A DNA stretch of 64,000 bases from Macrostomum lignano (lineage: Eukaryota): contig NIVC01002101.1 in the NCBI GenBank assembly GCA_002269645.1, forward strand, positions 124,001 through 188,000, in the 5' to 3' direction. Position 1 is the stretch's first letter. Every line of letters begins with the position of its first letter. The notes under the pieces are model-generated. The model saw only the letters and a program-made list of their open reading frames with translations, searched no databases and was not told the DNA's origin. Made by a program: the position numbers and the translations under genes. Shown here one piece after another: positions 37,079 to 50,467 of this stretch.

Positions 37079-39119
37079 GGACTTCTTCAAGTTTATGCTG
37101 ATAAAATAGTTGCAATTTTGATAGGATCATAATTTTGTCTCTATAGGGGTTTTTGATGGTGCTGATTTCAAATTTGAGATCCATTTTTGGTAGCTTTAAC
37201 CCAATTATATGTAGCTTAAAACCAACCACCGGGGCATGGGGAATGGGGGTTTTAGGGTGGGGAGATTCTTCATGGGGATTGATTTTATCAACATAAACTT
37301 GAATAGAGGCATGGAGACCTATTCAAGATTGTGTTGATTTATTCCCATCCTAATAGCTAAATCACCTAGACCGACAGGTGCGGGCTCGATTGTTTCAGCA
37401 CCCATGCCTTCTGGGCCTGCCTGAAGATAATCCTCCACCTTCATATTGGTCCTGTTGCTGCTGCTGCAAAGTTTGGATTTGGATTTGAATTTGGCTAACC
37501 GAATTCACACAGAAGTTCGAAGCTCGCAGGCTAATCACGAAGGATAATCCATATCTTAGCCTTCGTGATAAGATATTCATTGGTTTAATAAGCAGCTTCG
37601 GCTACTACAAGTAGCAATAACGAAACCTACTAGTACTCACAAAACACAAAACATTTTTCAGCCTCCATTTTACGCCTCTATTTTTTAAACTAAACTAGAA
37701 AGTAATTGTATAACACAGATAGACACACATTTCGGCAGCCAGAGTCAAAATAAAGTAAAATTCAACATCGCACTTGGAGCAAAACTTATTATTTATTATT
37801 ATTGACAATTTCTGGGTGCTGATTTTTTTATTTTTCAATAAATGGTTCACGAAAACATTTAGGACTGCCGAGAAAAAAATTGGACTACCGATCCAATACT
37901 GGAGTCTTTACAGTAGAAACTCCAATACTGGAGTTTCGATTTTGCAACAGCAAAAAGTGCAAATAACTTTTCTGGACGACCTTCTGGCGCGCTGGGACCG
38001 GCGCCATATTCGACTCGGGTTGCCGAAATCTATAAGAACATGTTGTTCGCATAGCGTGAAAACCACTCTGCAAAATGCCAAATTGCCGACTGCAAATTGT
38101 AATCCAGGTCCACTTCTCAAATTCACGCCAGACCAAGCTGCTCATGGTAAAGATTCTGCAAGTAGTCAGGTGCTCCCGCAACCTCCAACTAATCAAAACT
38201 ACCCGAGCCGCTGAGCAGTTTAGCATTGCACTGAGAGCTAAACTGGACTACCGATCTAATACTGGAGTCCTTACAGTAGAAACTCCAATACTGGAGTCGT
38301 ATTGGAGATTAATGTAGAAGTATGTACTGCGTACATATACAATTTGGGATAGACATGTACAGCTACAATTTGGGATTAATGTACATATACGAGTACATGA
38401 GTTATTGTACATGGGATTAATGTACATATACGATGTGAGCTATACATAATTAGATGACTCATTTGGTAGTAGATGAGATTGTAGTACACTAATTCTCGCC
38501 CCTGCGTACAACTGTACATGTAAGTATTGTTTTGAGTTGTACATGTAATCTTGGTACGCGTGCGGGCCGGCTGGGGAGGACACTGTTACATGTAGAAGTA
38601 GATTAATGTAGATCACCAGGGCCGGAATCATGGCCAGATCATGGATGATCCATGCATTGCACCCATCCATGCATCATCCCTGATCATGTATGGACCGATC
38701 CTTGTTCATAGATGGTTTCATGCTCATTCCATGGATGGCAGAATAGCCATACATGATCATCGATGTATTACTTTCCATACATGGACATGTATGATTGTTA
38801 ATTCTGGCTGTATATACTACTCGTTAAGGCACATTTGAGTTTTAAAGAAATAACTCAAAGAACTATAGCTCAAACTAGCCATTTAGCCCCTTCCGGGTGG
38901 CTTCTTAGCAGTTTAGGGCTTGTCTATAAGCAGTTTTGCACAGTCGCTGAGCAAGTCTCACTAATCTCCGAGCAGTTCTGCAGTAGCAAATTTCTAAGCA
39001 GTTTCACACCAATTTTACTGAGACTAAAAAGTTCTAAAAAGTTACATTTCTTAATGTTTGAAACTGCAATTTCAATTCATTTATAGTTCTTTTATGATTA
39101 TTAGTTATTTTTAAATCCT

Positions 39120-39484
39120 CACCAGATTAGCACTATTCTCCCACATTAGCCCTACACCCCCAGATTAGCCCCACTTCCCCCAGATTAGCACTACTCCCCC
39201 CATATTAGCCGCACACCCCCAGATTAGCCCCACTCTCCCCAGATTAGCACTCAGCCCAGATTAGCACTCAGCCCAGATTAGCACTCAGCCCAGATTAGCA
39301 CTCAGCCCAGATTAGCACTCAGCCCAGATTAGCACTCAGCCCAGATTAGCACTCAGCCCAGATTAGCACTCAGCCCAGATTAGCACTCAGCCCAGATTAG
39401 CACTCAGCCCAGATTAGCACTCAGCCTAGATTAGCACTCAGCCCAGATTAGCACTCAGCCCAGATTAGCACTCAGCCTAGATTA
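39120..39484. repeat. 17-bp minisatellite (CCCAGATTAGCACTCAG, ~14 copies) with longer degenerate units at the left
   Basis: Direct units visible. Confidence 0.95.
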
Positions 39485-39924
39485 GTGTATGCCTTAGGTA
39501 TTGCCTACAAGCTCTATGAAAGTATGAAGTTGCTAAGCTGCTAAATTTAATAAGACTGAATTGGGATAAAACTGCCGATATGTATAAAAAATTGATTAGT
39601 GAACTGTAATAAATGCTGAGAAAAAAAAGATTCTTGAAAGGATCCTTTATTTCAGTTTGCTAAATATACTGAGGAGCCCGCCGAGAGGAGAACTGCAGAC
39701 TGCTGAGGGGAACTGCAGATTGGCGAAAGGATCATTCATGCAGACTGCAAAGGGACAAACTGAAAACTGCTTAGGTAGTTCTTTCAGACTTAATTAAGTT
39801 CTAGGCTGCTGAGGATAGTGGCGCCGCCGCGTCATCAACTGCCGCACCATTACGCCGCTGGCTCTGCGGTCCGACCATCGGCTGCTCATCTGCGACCTTC
39901 GGCTTCGGGACCCGCTCTACCAAG

Positions 39925-42705
39925 GCAATGAAGCTTCAGGGCAGGCGGCAGCGGAGATTAAGGAATAGGCAGCGGAGCTTCAGGGCAGGCGGCGGAGCTT
40001 CAGGGCAGGCAATGAAGCTTCAGGGCAGGCAGCGGAGATTAAGGAATAGGCAGCGGAGCTTCAGGGCAGGCAATGAAGCTTCAGGGCAGGTGGCAGCGGA
40101 GATTTAGGAATAGGCAGCGGAGCTTCAGGGCAGGCGGCGGAGCTTCAGGGCAGGCAATGAAGCTTCAGGGCAGGCAGCGGAGATTAAGGAATAGGCAGCG
40201 GAGCTTCAGGGCAGGCGGTGGAGCTTCAGGGCAGGCGGCGAAGATTAAGGAATAGACAGTGGAGCTTTAAAAAAGGCGGCGGAGCTTCAGGGCAGGCGGC
40301 GGAGATTAAGGAATAGGCAGCGGAGCTTCAAGGCAGGCGGCGGAGCTTCAGGCCAGGCAGCGGAGCTTCAGGGCAGGCAGCGGAGCTTCAGGGCAGGCGG
40401 CGGAGATTAAGGAATAGGCAGCGGAGCTTCAAGGCAGGCGGCGGAGCTTCAGGGCAGGCAGCGGAGCTTCAGGGCAGGCGGCGGAGCTTTAGGGCAGACA
40501 TAGGAGCTTCAGGGCAGGCGGCGGAGCGTTAGGGCAGGTGACGTAGCTTCAGGGCAGGCGGCGGAGATTAAGGAATAGGCAGCGGAGCTTCAGGGCAGGC
40601 GGCGGAGATGAGCTTCAGGGCAGGCGGCGGAGCGTTAGGGCAGGTGACGTAGCTTTAGGGCAGGCGGCGGAGATTAAGGAATAGGCAGCGGAGCTTCAGG
40701 GCAGGCGGCGGAGATTAAGGAATAGGCAGCGGAGCTTCAGGGCAGGCGGCGGAGCTTCAGGGCAGACATAGGAGCTTCAGGGCAGCCAGCTGAGCTTTAG
40801 GGCAGGCGGCGGAGATTAGAGAATAGGCAGCGGAGTTTCAGGGCAGGCGACGGAGCTTCAGGGCAGGCGGCGGAGCTTTAAGGCAGACATAGGAGCTTCA
40901 GGGCAGGCGGCGGAGCGTTAGGGCAGGTGACGTAGCTTCAGGGCAGGCGGCGGAGATTAAGGAATAGGCAGCGGAGCTTCAGGGCAAGCGGCGGAGATTA
41001 AGGAATAGGCAGCGGAGCTTCAGGGCAGGCGACGAAGCTTCAGGGCAGGCGGCGGAGCTTCAGGGCAGGCAATGGAGCTTCAGGGCAGGCGGCGGAGATT
41101 AAGAAATAGGCAGCGGAGCTTTAGGGCAGGCGGCGGATTTTCAGGGCAGGCGACGTAGCTTCAGGGCAGGCGGCGGAGATTAAGGAATAGGCAGCTGAGC
41201 TTCAGGGCAGGCGGCGGAGATTAAGGAATAGGCAGCTGAGCTTCAGGGCAGGCGGCGGAGATTAAGGAATAGGCAGCGGAGCTTCAAGGCAGGCGGCGGA
41301 GCTTCAGGGCAGGCAATGGAGCTTCAGGGCAGGCAGCGGAGATTAAGGAATAGGCAGCGGAGCTTCAGGGCAGGCGGCGGAGCTTCAGGGCAGACATAGG
41401 AGCTTCAGGGCAGGCAGCGGAGCTTTAGGGCAGGTGACGTAGCTTCAGGGCAGGCGGCGGAGATTAAGGAATAGGCAGCGGAGCTTCAGGGCAGGCGACG
41501 AAGCTTCAGGGCAGGCGGCGGAGCTTCAGGGCAGGCAATGAAGCTTCAGGGCAGGCAGCGGAGATTAAGGAATAGGCAGCGGAGCTTCAGGGCAGGCGGC
41601 GGAGCTTCAGGGCAGGCAATGGAGCTTCAGGGCAGGCGGCGGAGATTAAGTAATAGGCAGCGGAGCTTCAGGGCAGGCGGCGGAGCTTCAGGGCAGGCGG
41701 CGAAGATTAAGGAAGAGGCAGCGGAGCTTCAGGGCAGGCGGCGGAGATTAAGGAATAGGCAGCGGAGCTTCAAGGCAGGCGGCGGAGCTTCAGGACAGGC
41801 AGCGGAGCTTCAGGGCAGGCGGCGGAGCTTTAGGGCAGACATAGGAGCTTCAGGGCAGGCGGCGGAGCGTTAGGGCAGGTGACGTAGCTTCAGGGCAGGC
41901 GGCGGGGATTAAGGAATAGGCAGCGGAGCTTCAGGGCAGGCGGCAGAGATTAAGGAATAGGCAGCGGAGCTTCAGGGCAGGCGGCGGAGATTAAGGAATA
42001 GGCAGCGGAGCTTCAGGGCAGGCAATGAAGCTTCAGGGCAGGCAGCGGAGATTAAGGAATAGGCAGCGGAGCTTCAGGGCAGGCGGCGGAGCTTCAGGGC
42101 AGGCGGCGAAGATTAAGGAATAGACAGTGGAGCTTTAAAAAAGGCGGCGGAGCTTCAGGGCAGGCGGCGGAGCTTCAGGGCAGGCGGCGGAGATTAAGGA
42201 ATAGGCAGCGGAGCTTCAAGGCAGGCGGCGGAGCTTCAGGCCAGGCAGCGGAGCTTCAGGGCAGGCAGCGGAGCTTCAGGGCAGGCGGCGGAGATTAAGG
42301 AATAGGCAGCGGAGCTTCAAGGCAGGCGGCGGAGCTTCAGGGCAGGCAGCGGAGCTTCAGGGCAGGCGGCGGAGCTTTAGGGCAGACATAGGAGCTTCAG
42401 GGCAGGCGGCGGAGCGTTAGGGCAGGTGACGTAGCTTCAGGGCAGGCGGCGGAGATTAAGGAATAGGCAGCGGAGCTTCAGGGCAGGCGGCGGAGATTAA
42501 GGAATAGGCAGCGGAGCTTCAGGGCAGGCGACGAAGCTTCAGGGCAGGCGGCGGAGCTTCAGGGCAGGCAATGAAGCTTCAGGGCAGGCAGCGGAGATTA
42601 AGGAATAGGCAGCGGAGCTTCAGGGCAGGCGGCGGAGCTTCAGGGCAGGCGGCGAAGATTAAGGAATAGACAGTGGAGCTTTAAAAAAGGCGGCGGAGCT
42701 TCATG
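39925..42705. repeat. GC-rich complex satellite built from 20/21-bp subunits (GGAGCTTCAGGGCAGGCGGC and GGAGATTAAGGAATAGGCAGC) with higher-order blocks
   Basis: The diagnostic variant AATAGACAGTGGAGCTTTAAAAAAGG recurs at about 40250, 42120 and 42665. Confidence 0.95.
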
Positions 42706-44269
42706 GAGCGAAGCAAGAGCTATGAGCGAAGCGAAGCGTGTGTGAGCGATGGCGGGTTAGTTTAAATTAGTTAGTTTAGTAGATAGTTGAAATTGTTGCA
42801 ATTTAAGGGAAGTAATTGCAATTGCAACTATTCGGTGAGTTTGGTCATGCGATTTGGTCATTGGAGCAACTGTGCATTAATGAAGTACAGCTGACTTGAT
42901 CCCTAGACTGCGGAACTCGCACCCGCGTATGCGCCTCGCACAGTGCCTGTACTGGCTTGTACTATGATAGTTTAGGCGGAGTACAATGGTCGCTCATCGC
43001 GCTCAGGGGCCTAGTCTGAAGGTCTCCAAAAGTAACAATACATCTACATCATCGCTATAATCTGTCGACGTTTTAACACATTTAGTCCAAAAGCGTGTAG
43101 TTACGTGTACTTATACGTGTACTTCTGGGAATTTGGTAATGAAATAGTACATTTAGTAGTGTACTATCACATAGCTAGATACATACAGACAACTCATTTT
43201 TATAGTATATAGGATGAAGGCTCGCCAGCGCAAGAACCCCCTGCAAAAGTCCTCTCTGTCCCTGCATGGCCAATGCGATCCTAGTCCCAGCAGTGTCCCT
43301 TCTATTCGGCTATGACTTCGAGATAGACAGCTAAAAGACACTAGATGGCAGGTAAGTGCAGTGCCCCTCTAGTCGGAAGTCCGATTTCGATAGCTCCGGT
43401 TTGGTGAGCCGGGGCGCACGGACTGGTGGTAGCGGGTTACTTTAATCTGCGGATTAGCTAATCTCTACCTTTCAAATTCTCCCTGCTTGTCTCTCGCTGT
43501 CTTCTCCTAGCTAGCTATAGGACCTTGCTGCTCGCCCACAATCTTGCTACCATGGGGCTGACCATCTGACAGGAGTGAGAGGCCAGAGTTCTAAGTGATT
43601 CATTTCTGAATTCTGAGGCCCGAAGCTATAGGCTTAAAAAGGCCGAACCCATCAAATTGAAGAGAATGTCAGTTTTGAAGAGCTACAGGTAAGTTTATCA
43701 CATGTTCGAATTTCTACTGAGGAAAAAGCCTCCATTTACTACATTAGTGGCTACGTTTACACAAAAATCCACAAAAACTTGACTAAAAATGCATTCTGCA
43801 CGCTGAGCCGTGGAGTGGGTTTCAGCTGGACTACAGTACAGTATGGCTAGGAAAGAAGTGCATTTGGGATAACTCCAGTAGTGGAATATAAAGGAAACTC
43901 CAGCATTGGAGCGAGTACTGGATCGCTGATATAAATCTAGCATTGGAGCATAAAGGAAACTCTAGCATTGGAGCATCGGTGCTGGCTCCAATGCTGGAGC
44001 AGCTGGTGCTGGAGCAGAATTTCCTTATGCTCCAATGCTGGAGTCATATCAGCTCCAATACTGGAGCTTCGGTTTTGGCACCGGAAAAGTGCAAATAACT
44101 CTACCGGATGACCTTCTGGCGCTCTGGGACCGGCGCCAATCTGAGACCGGCGCCAATAACTCTACCGGACTGTAGCGATCGAAGGCTTCGACGGCAGTAG
44201 ATCTATTCCCGAGGGCTTGAGCTTGATAGCCTTAACAGGACTGATCTTCACTTTCTGAGGTGGAAAAGG

Positions 44270-45622
44270 AGAGATTTTGTGCAGTTGGGCCACGCCTCTG
44301 CAGCCGACGCCGATCCCCGCGGGCGCCTGGCTGTCGATCGGCGCCGATTTCGTGGGACCCAACAACAACAACATGCTGCTGGTGTGCGTGGACCGCTACT
44401 CAAGGTTTCCGGAGGTGCAGCTCATGCAGACGACGACGGCCGAGGCATTGATTCCCCGCCTGCGAGAGATGTTCGCCCGCTTCGGGATGCCACAGGAGCT
44501 CGTGACAGATAATGGACCACCTTTCTCGTCCAAGGAGTTCGGCCGGTTCCTGGCGAGCTACGGGATCAAGCACCGCCTCATCACGCCCTACTACCCAGCG
44601 GCCAACGGCATGACAGAGCGACTGAACCGCTCCATCAACAAAGTCGTGCGAGCAGCCATCGAGGAGCGGCGGGACTGGAGGGCCGCTCTGGACGAGTGGC
44701 TGCTGGCCTACAGAAACACGCCGCACACGGCCACCGGGCGCGCACCAGCCGAGCTGCTGATGGGCCGGCGGCCAAACGACATCATCCCCGCCGCCCGGCC
44801 GTCCCAGCGAGTCCGCATCAACGAGCAGCGGCTGAGAGAAGCCGACGCTGGCGCCAAGGCGGCGATGAAGCAGCACGCGGACGCAAAAAGGCGACCACGG
44901 CGGCACGACGTCCAGGTCGGCGACTCGGTGCTACGACGGCGGGTCGGTGCCAGCAAGACGCAGACGCCATTCGAGAGCGGTGCCTGGACAGTCCAGCGGG
45001 TGGCCGGCAACTCGCTGCTGCTACGCCGGGACGGCACGACCTGCTGGCGGCACTGCACGGCGGTCAAAGTCGTCAGCCCCGACTTGGCCGACGCCGGCGC
45101 CCAAACGCAGACCGCTGCACCGAGAGCTTCGGGCGAGGCGGCCCGAGATCCACCCGCCTCCCCCGTGGCGCTGCGCCCGCACCCCCGCGCTGCTCAGGCG
45201 GGCGTGAAAATCTACAAGGACTGAATTTGGAATCCTGCAATGACTGAAATTAACTGACTTTCTTTTCCGTAATATGCGGACTGAAGTTTTTTTTACGTTT
45301 TTGCTGCATTCAATTCAAATATTTTATTTCCTCAATATTTTAATCTCCATTTTCAATGCGCATCATCGGTGAATCTTTCGAACTTTGTATTTTCGAGTTA
45401 CGTTTAAATCGATTTTCTTCTCTCTCAGTCTCTATTCGAAAGGGGAGAGATGTAGTGTGCGTACGCACAGTATGGTACGCCCGGGCAGTCTGATTGGCTG
45501 CGGAGTGGGGTGGATGCCGCCACCCCAATTCTAACTCCATAATATATAGACGCGTGCCCAGTGCGGGAGATTTGTAAGAGTTTGGCTACACAGCAAACAC
45601 GGTCTCTGACTCAGTTACTACA
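44270..45622 (+). mobile_element. 5'-truncated Ty3/Gypsy LTR retrotransposon: integrase, PPT and putative 3' LTR
   Basis: Open ORF 44277-45224 with DFVGP...VDRYSRFP...TDNGPPF...TPYYPAANGMTER (DDE). PPT AAAGGGGAGAGA ends at 45450; candidate LTR TGTAGT(45451)...ACTACA(45622). Confidence 0.9.
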
Positions 45623-46354
45623 CTGCTCACGATGCAGGGCCCCTGGCGCCGGGGCTACGGCCGGGCGAGTCGCGTCGCGGATTGCCTGTTGGATGGCGCT
45701 GGGGTGATTGGCCAGGCGCACGCTGTTGCCGCCTTAAGAGAGCTCGCACTGAGAGAACTGATCTGACACCGCCTCCCATTGTGAACTGTTACTTTTAACT
45801 CAACAATACTGGGTGTGCCTTGTTGTTATTTTCTCTTCAAAAAAATTTGCCTAGCTGCGAACTGTGATGGTGCATATTGCATACTCGCGATTCAATAGCT
45901 TATACTTATTACTGTTTTACTCATGGCATTGACATTGCCTTCCGATGTCAAAGCTATTTATTGCGTGTAATATTACCGCAAAATTCAAGTTCGGGTGTCA
46001 TTATTTAGCTACTGCCGCTGTTCTGCATTACAATTATTATAGTACTTCGTACTACGACGTAACATTGTACCAAAAAATTTACATTGCGTGGCGCCAAAAC
46101 CAATCTTGTTGAATGCTACTAGCGTAATAGCCGTTTGAATCGCTTGAAATACATTGTAATGCCATGCTGTATTGCTTTTGACGATCTAAACGACACTGGC
46201 TAGACTTCACTGATCCATATGCTCCTCAAGCAAGGTATATGGAAAGCAGATTGAGCAGCAAACTTAGTGTTTGATTGATAGAGATTTTGTATAGTTGGAT
46301 CTTTGGATCACGGATAGAACCAAGGAATCTAGATCTGGAGGCATGGAGGCATGC

Positions 46355-47670
46355 GGGGGGGAGCGGCGGAAAGCAGCGGAGCTGTTGGGGGAGCGGCGGA
46401 AAGCAGCGGAGCTGTTGGGGGGAGCGGCGGAATGCAGCGGAGCTGTTGGGGGGAGCGGCGGAAAGCAGCGGAGCTGTTGGGGGGAGCGGCGGAAAGCAGC
46501 GGAGCTGTTGGGGGAGCGGCGGAAAGCAGCGGAGCTGTTGGAGGAAGCGGCGGAAAGCAGCGGAGCTGTTGGGGGAGCGGCGGAATGCAGCGGAGCTGTT
46601 GGGGGGAGCGGCGGAATGCAGCGGAGCTGTTGGGGGAGCGGCGGAAAGCAGCGGAGCTGTTGGTGGAAGCAGCGGAGCTGTTGGGGGAGCGGCGGAAAGC
46701 AGCGGAGCTGTTGGTGGAAGCAGCGGAGCTGTTGGGGGAGCGGCGGAAAGCAGCGGAGCTGTTGGGGGGAGCGGCGGAAAGCAGCGGAGCTGTTGGGGGA
46801 GCGGCGGAATGCAGCGGAGCTGTTGGGGGAGCGGCGGAAAGCAGCGGAGCTGTTGGGGGAGCGGCGGAAAGCAGCGGAGCTGTTGGGGGGAGCGGCGGAA
46901 AGCAGCGGAGCTGTTGGGGGGAGCGGCGGAATGCAGCGGAGCTGTTGGGGGAGCGGCGGAAAGCAGCGGAGCTGTTGGGGGAGCGGCGGAATGCAGCGGA
47001 GCTGTTGGTGGAAGCAGCGGAGCTGTTGGGGGGAGCGGCGGAAAGCAGCGGAGCTGTTGGGGGGAGCGGCGGAATGCAGCGGAGCTGTTGGGGGGAGCGG
47101 CGGAAAGCAGCGGAGCTGTTGGGGGAGCGGCGGAATGCAGCGGAGCTGTTGGGGGAGCGGCGGAATGCAGCGGAGCTGTTGGTGGAAGCAGCGGAGCTGT
47201 TGGGGGGGAGCGGCGGAATGCAGCGGAGCTGTTGGGGGGAGCGGCGGAATGCAGCGGAGCTGTTGGGGGGAGCGGCGGAATGCAGCGGAGCTGTTGGGGG
47301 AGCGGCGGAAAGCAGCGGAGCTGTTGGTGGAAGCAGCGGAGCTGTTGGGGGAGCGGCGGAAAGCAGCGGAGCTGTTGGGGGGAGCGGCGGAAAGCAGCGG
47401 AGCTGTTGGGGGAGCGGCGGAAAGCAGCGGAGCTGTTGGTGGAAGCAGCGGAGCTGTTGGGGAGCGGCGGAAAGCAGCGGAGCTGTTGGGGAGCGGCGGA
47501 AAGCAGCGGAGCTGTTGGGGAGCGGCGGAATGCAGCGGAGCTGTTGGGGGGAGCGGCGGAAAGCAGCGGAGCTGTTGGGGGGAGCGGCGGAATGCAGCGG
47601 AGCTGTTGGGGGGAGCGGCGGAATGCAGCGGAGCTGTTGGGGGGAGCGGCGGAATGCAGCGGAGCTGTTG
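46355..47670. repeat. ~31-bp G-rich minisatellite (GGAGCGGCGGA(A/T)AGCAGCGGAGCTGTTG(G)n-type) with a variable G-run
   Basis: Direct units with no stop codons in several frames, which explains the long spurious ORFs. Confidence 0.97.
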
Positions 47671-48645
47671 GTTTGATAACAGCTGACGAGGCTGACAGGC
47701 TTATTTGCATAGAGCGATGCTATGAGAATGAATTCAGTCAGTCAGTTTAAAGCAGAAAGCTGGCTCTGCCTCTGCCTACCCTTCAACTGAATCGAGTGAA
47801 CTCGCAGTGCCGAAGTGCCCAAAGTTGGTTCTACATGTACGTATTGTTTTGGCAAACTGGATTACAAAAAGGTACGGCTCATATATTACAGTGTATATAC
47901 TACATGTATTTGAGTGGCGAATTGGTGACGGTTTAAATGTTGCTAGGGCTATACGTGTATGTGACCCGTCCGGTGCTCTACTACCTTGAATTCATGCCCG
48001 TAAAGCTCAGCCTCCGATCATTTACTAAATATTTACTGTCGCGAAAGGGGACTCTCAGTCCCCAACATCCTGCATGGTATTAGGGGGCCTAGGGTCTTGT
48101 CCTTGGGGCCTTCGACAAGTGACTGCCGCAATTTGACTGGGGACTATGAACTCTAAACATTGGCACCTCAAGATTAGAGCGGCGGCACTCGAACCAAAAT
48201 AATGTTGAAGGACTACAGAAAACATGTATATCATAAAATAGAGAGCTAAATAAGTTGGCCAGTTGAAACAGTGGTTTGGTATAATGGGCTGAAACAAAGC
48301 AAATAAATTGTTAAACTACTATAATACGAGCTACTTTAATTTTGTCATGGAAACTGATTTAGAAACAACTAAAAAGATTTTGAATAATATGAGACAAAAT
48401 ATTTGTAACTTTTTTTAAGATATACAGCTACCACAACTTAACTGAAATTTCTACAGTTTTGATTAGTTGTAAGTTGCGGGAGCACCTGGCTTTACTTACA
48501 GACACTGTAGGGTGTCTGCCAGCGTGTCTGACACTGCTCTATAGGGTGTTTGTAAGCGTGCTTTGGAGGCTTTTGCACGATTGTTGCCTTCCTAGGCTTA
48601 CAACGTTTATTAGGTTTACAACGTAATGCGGAAAATAGGAAAGAC

Positions 48646-50467
48646 AAAAAGCATAATGAAACATTTCAAGTGGAAAATGGCAAGACAGTTTTATCAAAAC
48701 AGAAAACAGAAAAACAGTGACACGAACGTGAGCATGTGTATATTTTCTTTCCCTCCTCCTTTTTCATCCGGGCTGGGGACCGGCAATGGCGGAGTTAAAA
48801 GAGTTGACTAAACGCAAGAATCGCGAATTTGGTGGCCCTGAAAAGGGCCGTTTTAACGTTCAGAAGGGATCACGTTTTTACAGGTCAGTGACCAAGACCT
48901 TTCCCAAACCACAACTGCACAAGTGCAGTGGCGGCGGGCCGCTGCTGCGTGTTGCCAGACTGGCCAGCGTGGCAAGGCTCGGCACCTTGCCAGCGGAACA
49001 GCGGGGAGCTGGCGCTGGAGCTGGCACAACTGGCCCTCGCACCATGAATTTTGCCCCAAAAGCAGCCTGGCCTATTGCAGATTGCGTAGAAATCATTGTC
49101 TCTTGGACAATGTTTCCTACGGCACGTATTGGCCAGCAAATTTTGGCAGCAGCTTAAATGGTGCAAGGGGCACAACTCAACTTCTGCCAGCTCAGTAGCA
49201 GACTGGCGCGACAATAGACAGCCCTGGAATCATTTTGTGAACAGAAATGATTATCCCACAAAAAATAAAAAACTAGCCAACATCTAGTCAACTCCCCACC
49301 TAGCCACCCAAATGCCCACCTAGCCACCCAACTCCCCACCTAGCCACCCAACTCCCCACCTAGCCACCCAACTGCCCACCTAGCCACCCAACTCCCCACC
49401 TAGCCACCCAACTGCCCACCTAGCCACCCAACTCCCCACCTAGCCACACAAATCCCCGCCTAGCCACCCAACTCCCCACCTAGCCACCCAACTCCCCACC
49501 TAGCCACCCAACTGCCCACCTAGCCACCCAACTCCCCACCTAGCCACCCAACTGCCCACCTAGCCACCCAACTCCCCACCTAGCCACCCAACTGCCCACC
49601 TAGCCACCCAACTGCCCATCTAGCCACCCAACTCCCCACCTAGCCACCCAACTCCCCACCTAGCCACCCAACTCCCCACCTAGCCACCCAACTCCCCACC
49701 TAGCCACACAACTCCCCACCTAGCCACCCAACTGCCCACCTAGCCACCCAACTCCCCACCTAGCCACACAACTCCCCACCTAGCCACACAACTCCCCACC
49801 TAGCCACCCAACTGCCCACCTAGCCACCCAACTGCCCACCTAGCCACACAACTCCCCACCTAGCCACCCAACTGCCCACCTAGCCACCCAACTGCCCACC
49901 TAGCCACACAACTCCCCACCTAGCCACCCAACTGCCCACCTAGCCACACAACTCCCCACCTAGCCACCCAACTCCCCACCTAGCCACCCAACTGCCCACC
50001 TAGCCACCCAACTCCCCACCTAGCCACCCAACTGCCCACCTAGCCACCCAACTCCCCACCTAGCCACCCAACTGCCCACCTAGCCACCCAACTCCCCACC
50101 TAGCCACCCAACTCCCCACCTAGCCACCCAACTCCCCACCTAGCCACCCAACTGCCCACCTAGCCACCCAACTCTTCACCTAGCCACCCAACTGCCCATC
50201 TAGCCACCAACGATCCAACTCCGCTTATCTCCGCTCCAGCCTAAAGTAAAAAATGATTAAAAACCAAAGCTCCATGTTTTGTGCACAATAAAACAACATT
50301 GCGAACGTGCGAGCGTAAATACGAGCATTTTCACTAGATTTATTTATATCAAAAGCAAAAATAGAAAATGACACGTGGTGCACAATATTATGTTGACACG
50401 ACCTTTATACCGCCTCCTCTCATCCCGTTCAGAATCCGCTCTCTACTCTACCCACCCTACTCCTTCC
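48646..50467 (-). repeat. Right arm of the large inverted duplication, with the 20-bp array expanded to ~47 copies
   Basis: Reverse complement of 35699-37078. Confidence 0.92.

Noticed and set aside
37370-37600. Possible first exon of a minus-strand gene (MKVEDYLQAGPEG...) with a 10-bp hairpin at about 37533-37569
   Set aside because: No downstream exons or homology could be identified; insufficient support.
46226-47750. Four overlapping 440-494 aa ORFs
   Set aside because: Artefacts of a stop-free minisatellite. The same applies to ORFs at 21285-22286, 22609-24101, 26747-27425, 28902-30019, 56024-56989 and 62719-63516.
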